Assembly: GCF_036365525.1 (NCBI RefSeq)
Contig: NC_090373.1
Coordinates: forward strand, 56,201,339 to 56,265,338
Direction: 5' to 3'
From: Heterodontus francisci
Lineage: Eukaryota
DNA: 64,000 nt
The position numbers and the translations under genes were made by a program. Below the pieces are notes generated by a model. The model was not told the DNA's origin and ran no database searches. It saw only the letters and a program-made list of their open reading frames with translations. This document shows, piece by piece, positions 45,969-57,914 of the stretch. Every line of letters begins with the position of its first letter. Positions within the stretch are counted from its first letter, which is position 1.

Positions 45969-47934
45969 GGATAATCATGATGGTATGTGTATGGAGGAGG
46001 TGTGAGGGGGTTGACAAAGATGACTAATTATTTTGACACAAGCCAAAGCAGAGTACTTGGTACTTGCGAGTCACAACTTGATGTGACTACCTTCACATAT
46101 CATGCCTTGGAGTTAATTATTGGAGATTGCAGGGTTTAAAAATTACTCTTACACAGTAATGTTACACGAATGCAAGTGATATGAATATAATCCTGAAAAC
46201 AATTGCATTGACATGATAGCAGCTCCCCTGAACTTTAAACTTCAAGGGCCCATTGGGATCAGTGGCAGTATGAAACAACTTTCATTGAAAAGGAATGCTA
46301 CAGGATCGAACATTTCTCATGGGACATACCGAGGTCAGTTCAATATTCTGCTGTTTGAGCTAGTTCAGTGCTGAGATGGGTCATCTAATTTGTCTTTCAG
46401 TTTCTCTCCTGTTTGCTTTGCTTTTGTTCACCTGTTAATGTCTTAACCTTTCTTTGGCCAGTTCTGTTACTCACTTTAATTCTACATGTTTTTTTCTCTC
46501 TCAATGGCAAAAGGGGAAATTGGAATGTTTAAGAAAAAATGAAAAGTAACCATTCCCCAGCACCAAAATTGAGTGAGTGGGGCCTTTGAGTTTCAGATTC
46601 TTTTGCTGTGGCCCTAGCGCTGTGATACTTAACATCTATACTTATTGATACCGGAATGTTCGCTCCTTTAATGTGTTGAACATAAATAATGTGTTCTAGG
46701 TGAACTTCATTACCGTAGTAATGTGAGTATAATGTATTTATAATGCATGTAATGTGTGAGTTGCTTTAATAAGTTGTATATGTGCGAAGTTAAAATTGAT
46801 TAGGAAAAGCCCCCTGCGAGGTATTATTTAAAGGGCACACCACTTTGTTGAAGCCACAGGCTTTTATTTTATACTCCTTAGCACTATACCTCATATCTGT
46901 GGAAGTAGTTTTGGTGCTTCAACTGAGGTGCTTGCAGACATGAAGCCTTATTCTGTCACAACGTCTACATGCACTTGAGCTACATTTCACCACTTCCCCC
47001 CCACCCCACCCCCCACCATCTTCCCACAATAATTCTAATGAAAGCCAATATAACTGAAATAAAGTACTGCTACACAATTAGTTTTGTTTTAAGATATCAA
47101 AATAAAATATTAAAATGTTCCCTTTCCCCTTGCCTAAACTGGCTAAATTGCAAGCAGCAAAGAAATGCTCCATGTGACTTATTAATGTGCTCATCTGCCT
47201 GAGTGAAATGGAGTGACTTGAAAGTTGAACTGGGCAAAAGGGATTGCTCTTCAATTTTGCATTACACTGCATTTTAGGCTCATGAAAGCTGAAAATTATG
47301 TCCATAAATATGTTTGCAACAGGTCTATTGTTCGACAGGCAGAAATCTTGTTCCTGCCTGAAACTAAAACTTGTGCTAATCATCATCTGACATTTAACTG
47401 CTCCTCTATCATGATCAGATCCTTTCTCCCTTCATTTTTGCTGTATTTCCTGTATGCATGTGAATGCAAACACATGCAAAAAAGTCTTGTTTTTGCTCAT
47501 GTGTGTACATGTTTTATCACCAAGTTTGTTATAATCTATTGTTTATACTGGGCATATTTCTTCTCTCTCCTCTGTCTTCCTTTTACTTACTGTTTTCCTC
47601 CTGGTTTCTGTGTGTTTCTTTCTTTGGCTTTTATCATTGCTTTTTTTTTCTTCCTGCTGTTTTTCTCCCATTCTTTACCTTATTTTTACTTCCTGAGATG
47701 CTGCTATCCTTGATACCAAGGTAATTGCACTGCAGTGAAGTAGTTAGATTTTCTGATCATATACCCAATCACATAGATGTTCTGAGAACCTTTAGATGTG
47801 TAATCATAGTTTTCCTGGGAACTATGAACATGAGGCTAATTCTGTGTCTGTATTGCTAACAAGAATACGATAAAATCATGAGGTCCTATGAGGATAGAAG
47901 CATCGATAATCTCTCAGATCTTGAACAGAACAAG

Positions 47935-50543
47935 TGCTGTTAGGAAGGGAGTTCCAGGTTTTTGACCCATTGACAATGAAAGGATGGTGATACAGTTCCA
48001 AGTCAGGATGATGTGTGGTTTGGAGGGGAACTTGCAGGTGGTGATGTTCTTATGCGTCTGCTGCCCTTGTCCTTCCAGGTGGTAGAGGTCATGGGTTTGG
48101 AAGGTGCTGTCAAAGGAGGCTTGGTGAGTTGCTGCAGTGTGCCTTGTAGATGGCACACACTGCTGCTACTGTGCACCCATGGTGAGGGGGAATGAATGTT
48201 TTAAAGTGGTGGTTGAGGTGCTGATTAAGTGGGCTCCTTTGTCTTGGGTGGTTTTGAGCTTCTTTAGTGCTGTTGGAGCTGCACCCATCCAGGCCAGTGG
48301 AAAGTATTCCACTACGCTCCAGACTTGTGCCCTGTAGATGATGGAGAGGCTTTGGGGAGTCAGGCGGTGAGTTACTCACCACAGAATTCCCATCCTGTGA
48401 CCTACACTTGTAGCCATTGTATTTATATGGGGGTCAAGTTAAGTTTCTGGTCATTGGTAACCCCGCAGGATCTTGACGGGGGAATCGGTGATGGTAATGC
48501 CGTTGAATGTCAAGGTGGAGATGGTTAGATTCTCTCTTAATGGAGAAGATCATTTGCTTGGCAGTTATATGGTGCAAATGTTACTTGACCTTATCAGCCT
48601 GGATGTTGTCCAGGTCTTGCTTCATGTGGATACGGACTGCTTCTGTATCTGAGGATTTTAAATGGTGCTGAACGCTGCAGTCATCAGCAAACATCCCTAC
48701 CTCTGACCTTATGTTAAAGGGAAGTAACTGAAGATGGTTGGGCCCCAGCTACTATCCTGAGGAACTCCTGCAGTGATGTCCTACAGCTGAGATAATTGGC
48801 CTCCAACAACCACAACCATTTTCTTTTGCGCCAGGTATGATTCCAACTAGCGGAGAGTTCCCCCCCCCCCCCCCGATTCCCATTGACTTCAATTTTGCTC
48901 GGGCTCGGGCATTTGTGATACTGTGGACTTCAGGAGGAGGCCGAGATGCATCACCCACTTGGCATTTCTGGCAGAAGATGGTCGCAAATGTTTCAGCCTT
49001 GTCTTTTGTATGAACATGCTGGGCTCTGCCATCATTAAGAATAGGATGTTTGTGGAACTGCCTCCAATTAATTGTCCATCACCATTCATGACTGCAGAGC
49101 TTTAATCTGATCTGTTAGTTGTGGGATCGCTTTGCTTTGTCTATTGCATGCTGCTTCTGCTGTTCAGCATGCACGTAGTCCTGTGTTGTAGTTTCACCAG
49201 GTTGACACCACATTTTTAGGTATGCCTGTTACCCCTGGCATACTCTCTTGCACAGCTCGTTGAACCAAGGTTGATCCCCTGGCTAGATGGTAATGGTAAA
49301 GTGAGGAATCTGCCAGGCCACATGATTACAGATTGTGGTTGAATACAATTCTGCTGTTGCTGCTGATGGCCCACAGTGCCTCACGGATGCCCAGTTTTGA
49401 GCTGCTAGATTTGATCTGAATCTATCCCATTTAGCATGGCTGTAGTGCAGAATTGGACGATGGAGGCTATCCTCAGTATGAAGACATCTCCACAAGGGTT
49501 GTGCGGTGGGCATTCCTACCAATACGTTCATGGACAGATGTGTCTGCAACAGATATATTAGTGAGGGGGAGGTCAAGTAGGTTTTTCCCTCTTGGTTCTC
49601 TCACCACGTGCTGCAGACACGGTCTGGAAGATATGTCCTTCAGGACTTGACTAGCTTGATCAGTAGTGGTGCTACCAAACCCTTTTGGTGATGGACATTG
49701 AAGTCCCCCACCCAGAGTACATTCTGTGCCCTTGCCACCCTCAGTGCTTCTTCCAAGTTCAACATGGAGGAGCACTGATTAATCAGCTGAGGGAGGGTGG
49801 TAGTTGGTAATCAGCAGGAGGTTTACTTGCCCATTTTGTCCTGATGCCATGAGACTTCATGGGATCCAGAGACAATATTGAGGACTCCCAGGGCCACTCC
49901 CCCCAACTATATATCGCTGTGCTACCACCACCTCTAATGGGTCTGTCCAGCCAGTGGGACAGGACTGACCCAGGGATGGTGACGGAGCAGTCTGGGACAT
50001 TGGCTGGAAGGTATGGTTCTGTGATTATGACTGTCAGGCTGTTGCTTGACTGGTCTGTGGGACATCTCCCCCAATTGTGGCACAAGACCCCAGATGTTAG
50101 TGAGGAGGACTTTGCAGGGTCGACTGGGCAGGGTGTGGCTTTGTTGTTTCCGTTGCCTTGTTAATGCCAACTGGTTCGTCTGGTTTTATTCTTCTCCTTT
50201 TCTCTAGTGGTTTGATATAACTTGGTGGATTGCTAAGCCATTTCAGAGGGCAGTTATGAGTCAGCCACATTGCTGTGGGTCTGGAGTTGCATGTAGGCCA
50301 GACTGGGTAAAGACGGCAGATTTCCTTCCCTGAAGGCATTAGTGAACCAAATGTTTTTTTACGACAATCCAGTAGTTTCATGGTCACCATTACTGAGACT
50401 AGCTTTTTTAAATTTCAGATTTATTAACTAATTGAATTTAAATTCCTTGAGCTGGCGTGGTGCGATTTGAACTTGCACCTCCAGAGCATTAGTCTGGGCC
50501 TGTGAATTACGTCTAATAACATTACCACTACGCTACCATTTCC
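47935..50543 (-). mobile_element. LINE with tRNA-like 5' head, endonuclease and internally deleted RT
   Basis: A box TAGCGTAGTGG (50535-50525), B box GTTCAAATC (50472-50464); KVLLTNIWGL, VIITEPYL, DRPIRGGG, PRGKNLLDL, then RT and 3' sequence of the family at 8255-9850. Confidence 0.8.
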
Positions 50544-50610
50544 GTTGGGAAGAGAAAACTTGATGTACATAGGGTAAATTAATAAATGTCTGAAATTACA
50601 GCTTTCTGAT

Positions 50611-51190
50611 CAGGGGTTCTCTACCTTGTTGCTTCTGAGGACCAGCTACCATGTTGTAAAAATTCCACAGACTCCTGTAACCTAATACAAGTATTTTTTC
50701 CATATAAAAATTAGTTATGTTATTAAATATATATTTATTTTTGTTTTACTTCATGTGAAACTTGTTGCTGGTACTGAGTAACAATTCTGTCAAGACTGAG
50801 AGATGTCTTTGTAAGCCCATGTTAATTGAGGAATCCTGCTATCTTTTTGATGCTGATAACCTCAATATACTCCCTGTTGGTACCCAAAACTGGTGTATCT
50901 CTCTCTGCACCAGGTCACGTAGTTCTGCAATGTCTGAAGCACAATGATAACCCTCAGCCTGATTCCACTGTAATTGCTGCACTGATTGGCTTTGCATAAC
51001 CCATTCAAACCGCTAACGAAACTGAATAACCAGATTGATCACATCTAATGCAGACAAAGATTATTGGCCAGGAAGGCGGTAGATTGACACAATAGATAAA
51101 ACACGAGTTTCTATTGGTTATTTTTAGCAGGCCCTTTGAAAACTTCTTATAGACCCCTAAGGGGCATTGGACCCCAGTTGAGAACCACAG
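50611..51190. mobile_element. hAT (Charlie-like) non-autonomous DNA transposon
   Basis: TIRs CAGGGGTTCTC / GAGAACCACAG; flanks TTCTGAT and TTCTAGAT fit an NTCTAGAN-type 8-bp TSD with one deletion. Confidence 0.7.
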
Positions 51191-51404
51191 TTCTAGATAA
51201 TCTGTCAGTATGTTTTAAGTTCCAGGGTTTTACAGGAAAGCGACGGTCGTCAGGAAAAATGTGAAAGCAATAACAGAAAAGGGAAATCCGCTGTAAAGCT
51301 GCAGAGATAAGTGAAAACAGAAATTTTGAATGTAAAGCTAAAAGTATATTGCTTCAAATAAAATCTATAAGTTTCCATTACTTTAAAAAAAAACTTGTAT
51401 CTTG

Positions 51405-51672
51405 TTTAATTAAAACTAAAGTCTGGAAATATGCTCAGGTCAGGCAGCACCTGTGAAGACAGAAACAGTCAGTGTTTCAGGTTGATGACCTGACATCACA
51501 AGAAGATGATGTTGGTGATGAACAGCTTTTAAGCAAGTATGGAGGCAGGAAAAGAACAAAAGGGCATGTCTGTGATGGGATGGAGGGCAGAAGTGATCAA
51601 ATGCCAAAAAAGATAATGGTGCAAGGCAAAAACAGGTGATAATGGCCCAACAAAAGATGGGTCCAGAGCAAA
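51405..51672 (-). mobile_element. Old Penelope-like 3' fragment
   Basis: CTGGAAATATGCTCAGGTCAGGCAGCACCTGTG...GATAATGGTGCAAGGCAAAA parallels 17780-18010. Confidence 0.7.
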
Positions 51673-52486
51673 TATCTTATATTCTGATGTTTGAGTCTTA
51701 GCCTGAAATCACTCACTGTTTAAGTAAGCTACCAGAGAATCACTACCATCCAAGGACCAAACCCAGCAACAGCCAGTACCGATGGGTGAGATGGCACATA
51801 AATAGTGGGGGGAAAAGACCTCCGCCTTTGTCACATTTTAAATCTATTTGCCATCTGCAATAATATTTAGTTTCCAATCTGTGTCCCTTCAGATGCAGTC
51901 TTGTTCAGTAATTACATTTTATTCCATGTCGATCAAATTCTCTCTGGAACGCTATGGGTCTCATGTTGTGGTGACCAAGAGATTGTTGTTTTATGTGGAA
52001 TGCAACTGGTCAGAGTTGAATGGTGCAGATTGCAAATTCAGATTGATATATCCTGAAGTTTTGTTGCATTTCAGAGCTTTATTTTTCCTGTGATTACTCA
52101 CTTTCTTCACACTTGCCTCTGGTCAAATAAATTAAGTGAAGTCCAGCAAATTATATATTGTCTATTGAAACAGAAAGTTTAGTAGACCAAATGACATTCT
52201 CATTCCACACTTAAGTTCTTGAGTGTTTTGAAACGCTGCATTTCACTGTCACTGACTCATTGAGAGGAATTACTTTAGTTCAGTTCTCTGATTTGGAATG
52301 TGCCACTCAAGAAGACCCACTAATGGGTGATTGAGGGGTGTGGAGTAAAATGCCGTATAATTTTCTGTGCCAAGGAAGAACAGTTACTGTAAAATATTTT
52401 GTATAAATTGTTGCTTTTTGCATGTTTGCAGAGGTTTTTTTTTTACTGAAATAGCAAAAGTAAAATAGGAGATACTGAGGATACAC

Positions 52487-52540
52487 TAATGTATTTGTGT
52501 TTTGGCACTGTTGAGAATTTCTGTAAAGTACCTAATTAGG
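52487..52540. repeat. ~53-nt dispersed repeat, copy 2
   Basis: 4 substitutions and 1 inserted base relative to 45916-45968. Confidence 0.8.
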
Positions 52541-53411
52541 AAGACTGCTGTGATTGAAGACTGTATGCAAGATTTCAGTTAACACTGCAGAGTTTCTAAA
52601 TTTGGAGAGGAGAGAAATCAAGCCAAGCCTAGGGTTGAACTGAGGCCTATTAGCAAATCCTGTTCCTTGGGAACGGCTTTAGGATTGGCACTTTCTGTAA
52701 GTCCAAAAGCAGAATTTGGCAATGTCCCCTACTACAGCTACTACTCTATTAACAGGCTACCTGCAGGAAGCTGCTGGAGATGACAGATGTGTAGCAGAGA
52801 GCCTGAAAAATTCAAACCAGTGACTGCTCACTGCAAACACCATAGGTTTCTGTGAGATCAGTTTTATTATCCTTACAAATTTTGCCACAATGCCAAATGG
52901 TGCTGGTACCTAAGATGCTCCAAATACATAAAATTATTCCTCAATATTGCATTAAAAACACAGATTTAAAACTGGGTTTTTGACTACCTTAGGCAGTCTT
53001 AAGTGCTTAAACAGCTAAAGTATTTCTTAATAAAGTGGGCCTGGCTTATGCCCTAAACTGAAAGAACGGAGTTGTAATTTCCCACTGTTTGATGGTTTAC
53101 ATAATCTAGTGTGTGCATTACTGGATGTATTGAAATGTCTGTTCTGTAGGATGGGTAGTCTATTTTTTTTATATATTTTTAAAAAGCAACTATTCTGGCT
53201 CTAGCAGACACTTAATAATTGCAGTCTATGATCAAGGCCAATATTTGATGCAGCGATGCTAAATACTGAATGATCTCCCAAAAAGGATAACATCATTATA
53301 TCCTGCAAAGGTGTCCTCTAAAGACCCGAATCAGTGTTATCTGAAGATGCCCAATTCCAGACATTTAGGCGCCAAGTCAAAATTTCCCAATTTGCCTGCA
53401 CATAGTGTCAT

Positions 53412-54133
53412 GGGCCAGAATGAACGTAAAAATAATGGAGAGGCCAGTGGTGCTCACTGTTGTTTATGCGCAAAGCAGCCAGCAACTTCAGATGAGCATA
53501 GAAGAACAGTTAAATGTGAAAATCCAGAAGTTGCTGTCTGAGATACTGTGCTCCCCCGTAAGCTGTGAGAAAACGGCATCTCCCTGTCTGGCTTCCCGTT
53601 CAAATATATTGAACAGCGTGAAGTCCTTGTACTGACATTGTAGATGCAGACCAAACTCGCCACAAAAAGTTAGTTCTCGGCCATTTCAGTCTAACTACAC
53701 TTTGTAATGATGTAATAAGTTTTAATTACTGTCAAACAACCTCTCTGTCACTGAAAATAAAGTTTTTTACAAATGCCAAGTCTCATTCCTTCTGCTTTTA
53801 ATTATTGATGGGGAGTTTTTAATAAAAGTTTTTGTCTGTCAATTCAATCTTTCCTCTTTTTATTTTGCTTCTGTACCTAATTTGACATTGAATTCATTAT
53901 TCTAATTTATACTTCCTCATTCGTGCTCTGCGCTGTTCATTGAGAATTTTTCAAGTGATTGTTTAAAGAGATACAAAGTTACTTGCCCTCTTCACACAGG
54001 TCCCAGATGCCCTGTAGAGGATACTATGCTGTTAAACCTCTTCCACTTGGAGCAACTTGCCATGCAAAAACTCATGGAAATTAAATAGGCAAGGGCAAAT
54101 CATCTGTTTGTCAGTAACAGTAAATTCTGATCC
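53412..54133. mobile_element. Probable Harbinger-like MITE
   Basis: Imperfect TIRs GGGCCAGAAT / AAATTCTGATCC. Confidence 0.45.
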
Positions 54134-54295
54134 AATAACAGCTGATGTCTGAATTTGCCTTATGAGGAATATATGGATAGGGATTGGATTATGAGCAATG
54201 ATTAGGTAAATTGGGCATGTACTATCTTAAAAAAAGAGAAGGTTAAGAGGTGAAATGGTCGCTGTTTTTAGGATTCTAAAGGGACTAGATAATAT

Positions 54296-56707
54296 CTCTT
54301 TCTCTCTTTGGCCTCCTTGTCTCGAGAGACAATGGGTAAGCGCCTGGAGGTGGTCAGTGGTTTGTGGAGAAGCGCCTGGAGTGGCTGTAAAGGCCAATTC
54401 TAGAGTGACAGACTCTTCCACAGGTGCTGCAGATAAAATTGGTTGTCAGGGCTGTTACACAGTTGGCTCTCTCCTTGCGCTTCTGTCTTTTTTCCTGCCA
54501 ACTGCTAAGTCTCTTCGACTCGCCATGCTTTAGCCCCGCCTTTATGGTTGCCCGCCATAATCGCTGGCAACTGACTCCCACGACTTGTGATCAATGTCAC
54601 AGGACTTCATGTCGCGTTTGCAGACATCTTTAAAGCGGAGCCATGGACGGCCGGTGGGTCTGGTACCAGTGACCAGCTCGCTGTACAATGTGTCCTTGGG
54701 GATCCTGCCATCTTCCATGCAGCTCACATGGCCAAGCCATCTCAGGCGCCACTGGCTTAGTAGGGTGTATATGCTGGGGATGTTGGCCGCCTCGAGGACG
54801 TCTGTGTTGGCGATACGGTCCTGCCACCTGATGCCAAGGATTCTCCTGAGGCAGCGAAGATGGAATGAATTGAGACGTCGCTCTTGGCTGACGTACGTTG
54901 TCCAGGCCTCGCTGCCATAGAGCAAGGTACTGAGGACACAGGCTTGATACACTTGGACTTTTGTGTTCTGTGTCAGTGCGCCATTTTCCCACACTCTCTT
55001 GGCCAGTCTGGACGTAGCAGAGGAAGCTCGTTTAATTCTGCATCGATAGACAGGTTACTGGTGATAGTTGAGCCTAGGTAGGTGAACTCTTGAACCACTT
55101 CCAGAGTGTGATCGCCGATACTGATAGATGGGGCATTTCTGACGTCCTGTCCCATGATGTTCGTTTTCTTGAGGCTGATGGTTAGACCAAATTCATTGCA
55201 GGCAGCCGCAAACCTGTCGATGAGTCTCTGCAGACGCTCTTCAGTGTGCGATGTTAATGCAGCATTGTCAGCAAAGAGGAGTTCCCTGATGAGGACCTTC
55301 CATACTTTGGTCTTCGCTTTTAGACGGGCAAGGTTGAACAACCTGCCACCTGATCTTGTGTGGAGGAAAATTCCTTCTTCTGAGGATTTGAATGCATGTG
55401 AGAGCAGCAGGGAGAAGAAGATCCCAAACAGTGTAGGTGCGAGAACACAGCCCTGTTTCACGCCACTCAGGATAGGAAAGGGGTCTGATGAGGCACCGCT
55501 ATGCTGAATTGTGCCTTTCATATGGTCATGGAATGAGATGATGATACTTAGTAGCTTTGGTGGGCATCCAATCTTTTCTAGTAGTCTGAAGAGACCGCTT
55601 CTGCTGATGAGGTCAAAGGCTTTGGTGAGATCAATGAAAGCAACGTAGAGGGGCATCTGTTCACGGCATTTCTCCTGTTGCTGGCGAAGGGAGACACAGC
55701 ATGTCAATGGTGGATCTCTCTGCTCGAAAGCCACACTGTGCCTCAGGATAGACACGCTCAGCCAGCTTCTGCAGCCTGTTTAAAGCGACACGAGCGAAGA
55801 CCTGCCCCACTATGCTGAGCAAGGAGATTCCACGGTAGTTGTTGCAGTCACCGCGGTCACCCTTATTCTTTTAGAGGGTGATGATATTGGCATCGCGCAT
55901 GTCCTGTGGTACTGCTCCCTCATCCCTGCACAGGCAAAGCAGTTCGTGCAGAGCTGAGAGTATAGCAGGCTTGGCACTGTTGATGATTTCAGGGGTAATG
56001 CCGTCCTTCCCAGGGGCTTTTCCACTGGCTAGGGAATCAATGGCATCACTGAGTTCCGATTTTGTTGGCTGTATGTCAAGCTCATCCATGACTGGCAGAG
56101 ACAGGGTTGCATTGAGGGCGGTCTCAGTGACAACATTCTCCCTGGAGTACAGTTCTAGGTAGTGTTCCACCCAGCGGTCCATTTGTTTGCGTTGGTCAGT
56201 GATTGTGTCCCCTGATTTAGATTTGAGGGGCAGGAGGCGATTTTCCTGATGTTTGGCCCAAAAGCTCTCTTAATGCTATCATACATTCCTCTGATGTTTC
56301 CGGTGTCAGAGGCCAGCTGAATATGACTGCAAAGGTGTTGCCAGTAGTCATTTGCGCAGCGCCTGGCTGTTCTTTGTGCAGCGCTTCTGGCTGCTTTAAG
56401 TGCTATGGATGTTAACTTGCTGGGTGCTTTCTTGTAGTTCAACAGTGCAATGCACTTAGCTTCTATGACAGGTTCCAGCTCTTCAAAGTGAGATTGAAAC
56501 CAGTCTGCTTTCTGCTTCACACGTTTGCTATAGGTAGTCATTGCTGAGTCATAGATGGCATCTCTGATGTGGGCCAAGTTGGTCTCTGCATCCCCTGTGG
56601 GAGTGTTTTGAAGTGCTTTTTCAAGTGAATTTAGAAATTTGTGTAACAGCTGTGGATGAGAAATTCTGCTAGTGTTGATGTGCGGGCGGCCCTTCTGCTT
56701 GGAGTGA
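54296..56707 (-). mobile_element. RTE-clade LINE, 5'-truncated, 19-bp TSD, inserted in an old CR1 fragment
   Basis: AFIDLTKAFDL, GVKQGCVLAPTLF, LLFADNAAL, LLYGSEAWT, LRWLGHV; TAAAGGGACTAGATAATAT at 54277-54295 and 56708-56726. Confidence 0.95.
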
Positions 56708-56827
56708 TAAAGGGACTAGATAATATAAACCAGGACAAGCTATTTCTACTTGTAGAACAGTAGAACCAGAGGATATGGCCTGGGCGGTGGCGGAAGGGTA
56801 AATTCAAAATTAATTTGCAGAAATAAT

Positions 56828-57912
56828 GTGCTGAATTTTAATCTGCAGGAGCATATGAGTTTGGGAGGGGGTAACGGATTAAAACTGGCAAAAATTACAA
56901 TATGTCAGGAAGTTGATTCCAGTCCTCTGACTTCTGCATTTCAGTGGAGTGTGTTTGGCTGCGTGTGCACGACCCCTTCCGGAGAGGCAGGTTGTCAGTC
57001 ACCGTATGTTGATTGCTCAATTGGAGCACTATTTTAATATACTTTTCAGTTTAAAGTCAGGTCCGCATTAATGGTCCAAGTAAAATTTTAATGTTGTGCA
57101 AGGCCAGTTTTTTCAATGCACAATACCTTTTAAGTATTTTTGCGTGGCAGCGCATGCGGAGTACTTAATCTGAAACAAGGTCCGCACTGTACAGTCCAAG
57201 CTGCTGTGCGCCAACGCCTGCAAACATCTTAACAGGAACGTTGGTGCAAGGACTTCGCAGTCTTCATTCACCTTGCTTTCACTGTCAAGTTTCACGAACA
57301 GTGGCAATTGAGGCAAGTAAATTAACCTTGGATATATGCCAATAAATACTCAGGACTCACAGTTGCTTTCTTACCTGCTAGTGCAAAAGACTTTGTTTAC
57401 AGTAGTTTTGCTGAGAAGTTACTTTGTACACTTCAGGTTTATACCATCACATTAGGATGGGTGTGGCTTATGCTGCCTTCGATTGGACCTTAGATGTGGA
57501 CTAAGATGACCAGCAACAGCGTTTGCAACCTGCTGGTCGCAGACCTGTAGCTGCATGGAACAGAGGCGACCAGCAGAGAGGTGCAACTCGCAGGAAAACA
57601 GTTTCTACAGGCAGAGGCGCAGTTTCTTTGACATGTTTGAACACCAGTGTCTCAGGAGGTTCAGGTTATCATGTCAGATGGTGTCAGATATCTACAGCTT
57701 CCTAGAAGATCTGCTGTGTGCTGGACCTGGTGGCCATGCATTAGCAGTGACTCAGAGTCACCATTGCCCTCAACCTTTTTGCCTCTAGATCTGTTCAGGG
57801 CTCAGTTGCTGAAGCATTCAGGATCTCTTAGTCGGCTACCTACAAATGCATAAGGTAGGTGACGGATGGGTTGTTTACCAGGGTCGCCAATTCTGTGAAC
57901 TTTGCCTGCAGT
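56828..57912 (+). mobile_element. Decayed PIF/Harbinger transposon with transposase N-terminal remnant
   Basis: ~57560-57905: FYRQRRSFFDMFEHQCLRRFRLS...GGHAL / VTIALNLFASRSVQG...IS*SATYKCIR*VTDGLF (HARBI1-like); truncated by a CR1. Confidence 0.75.
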
Positions 57913-57914
57913 GA

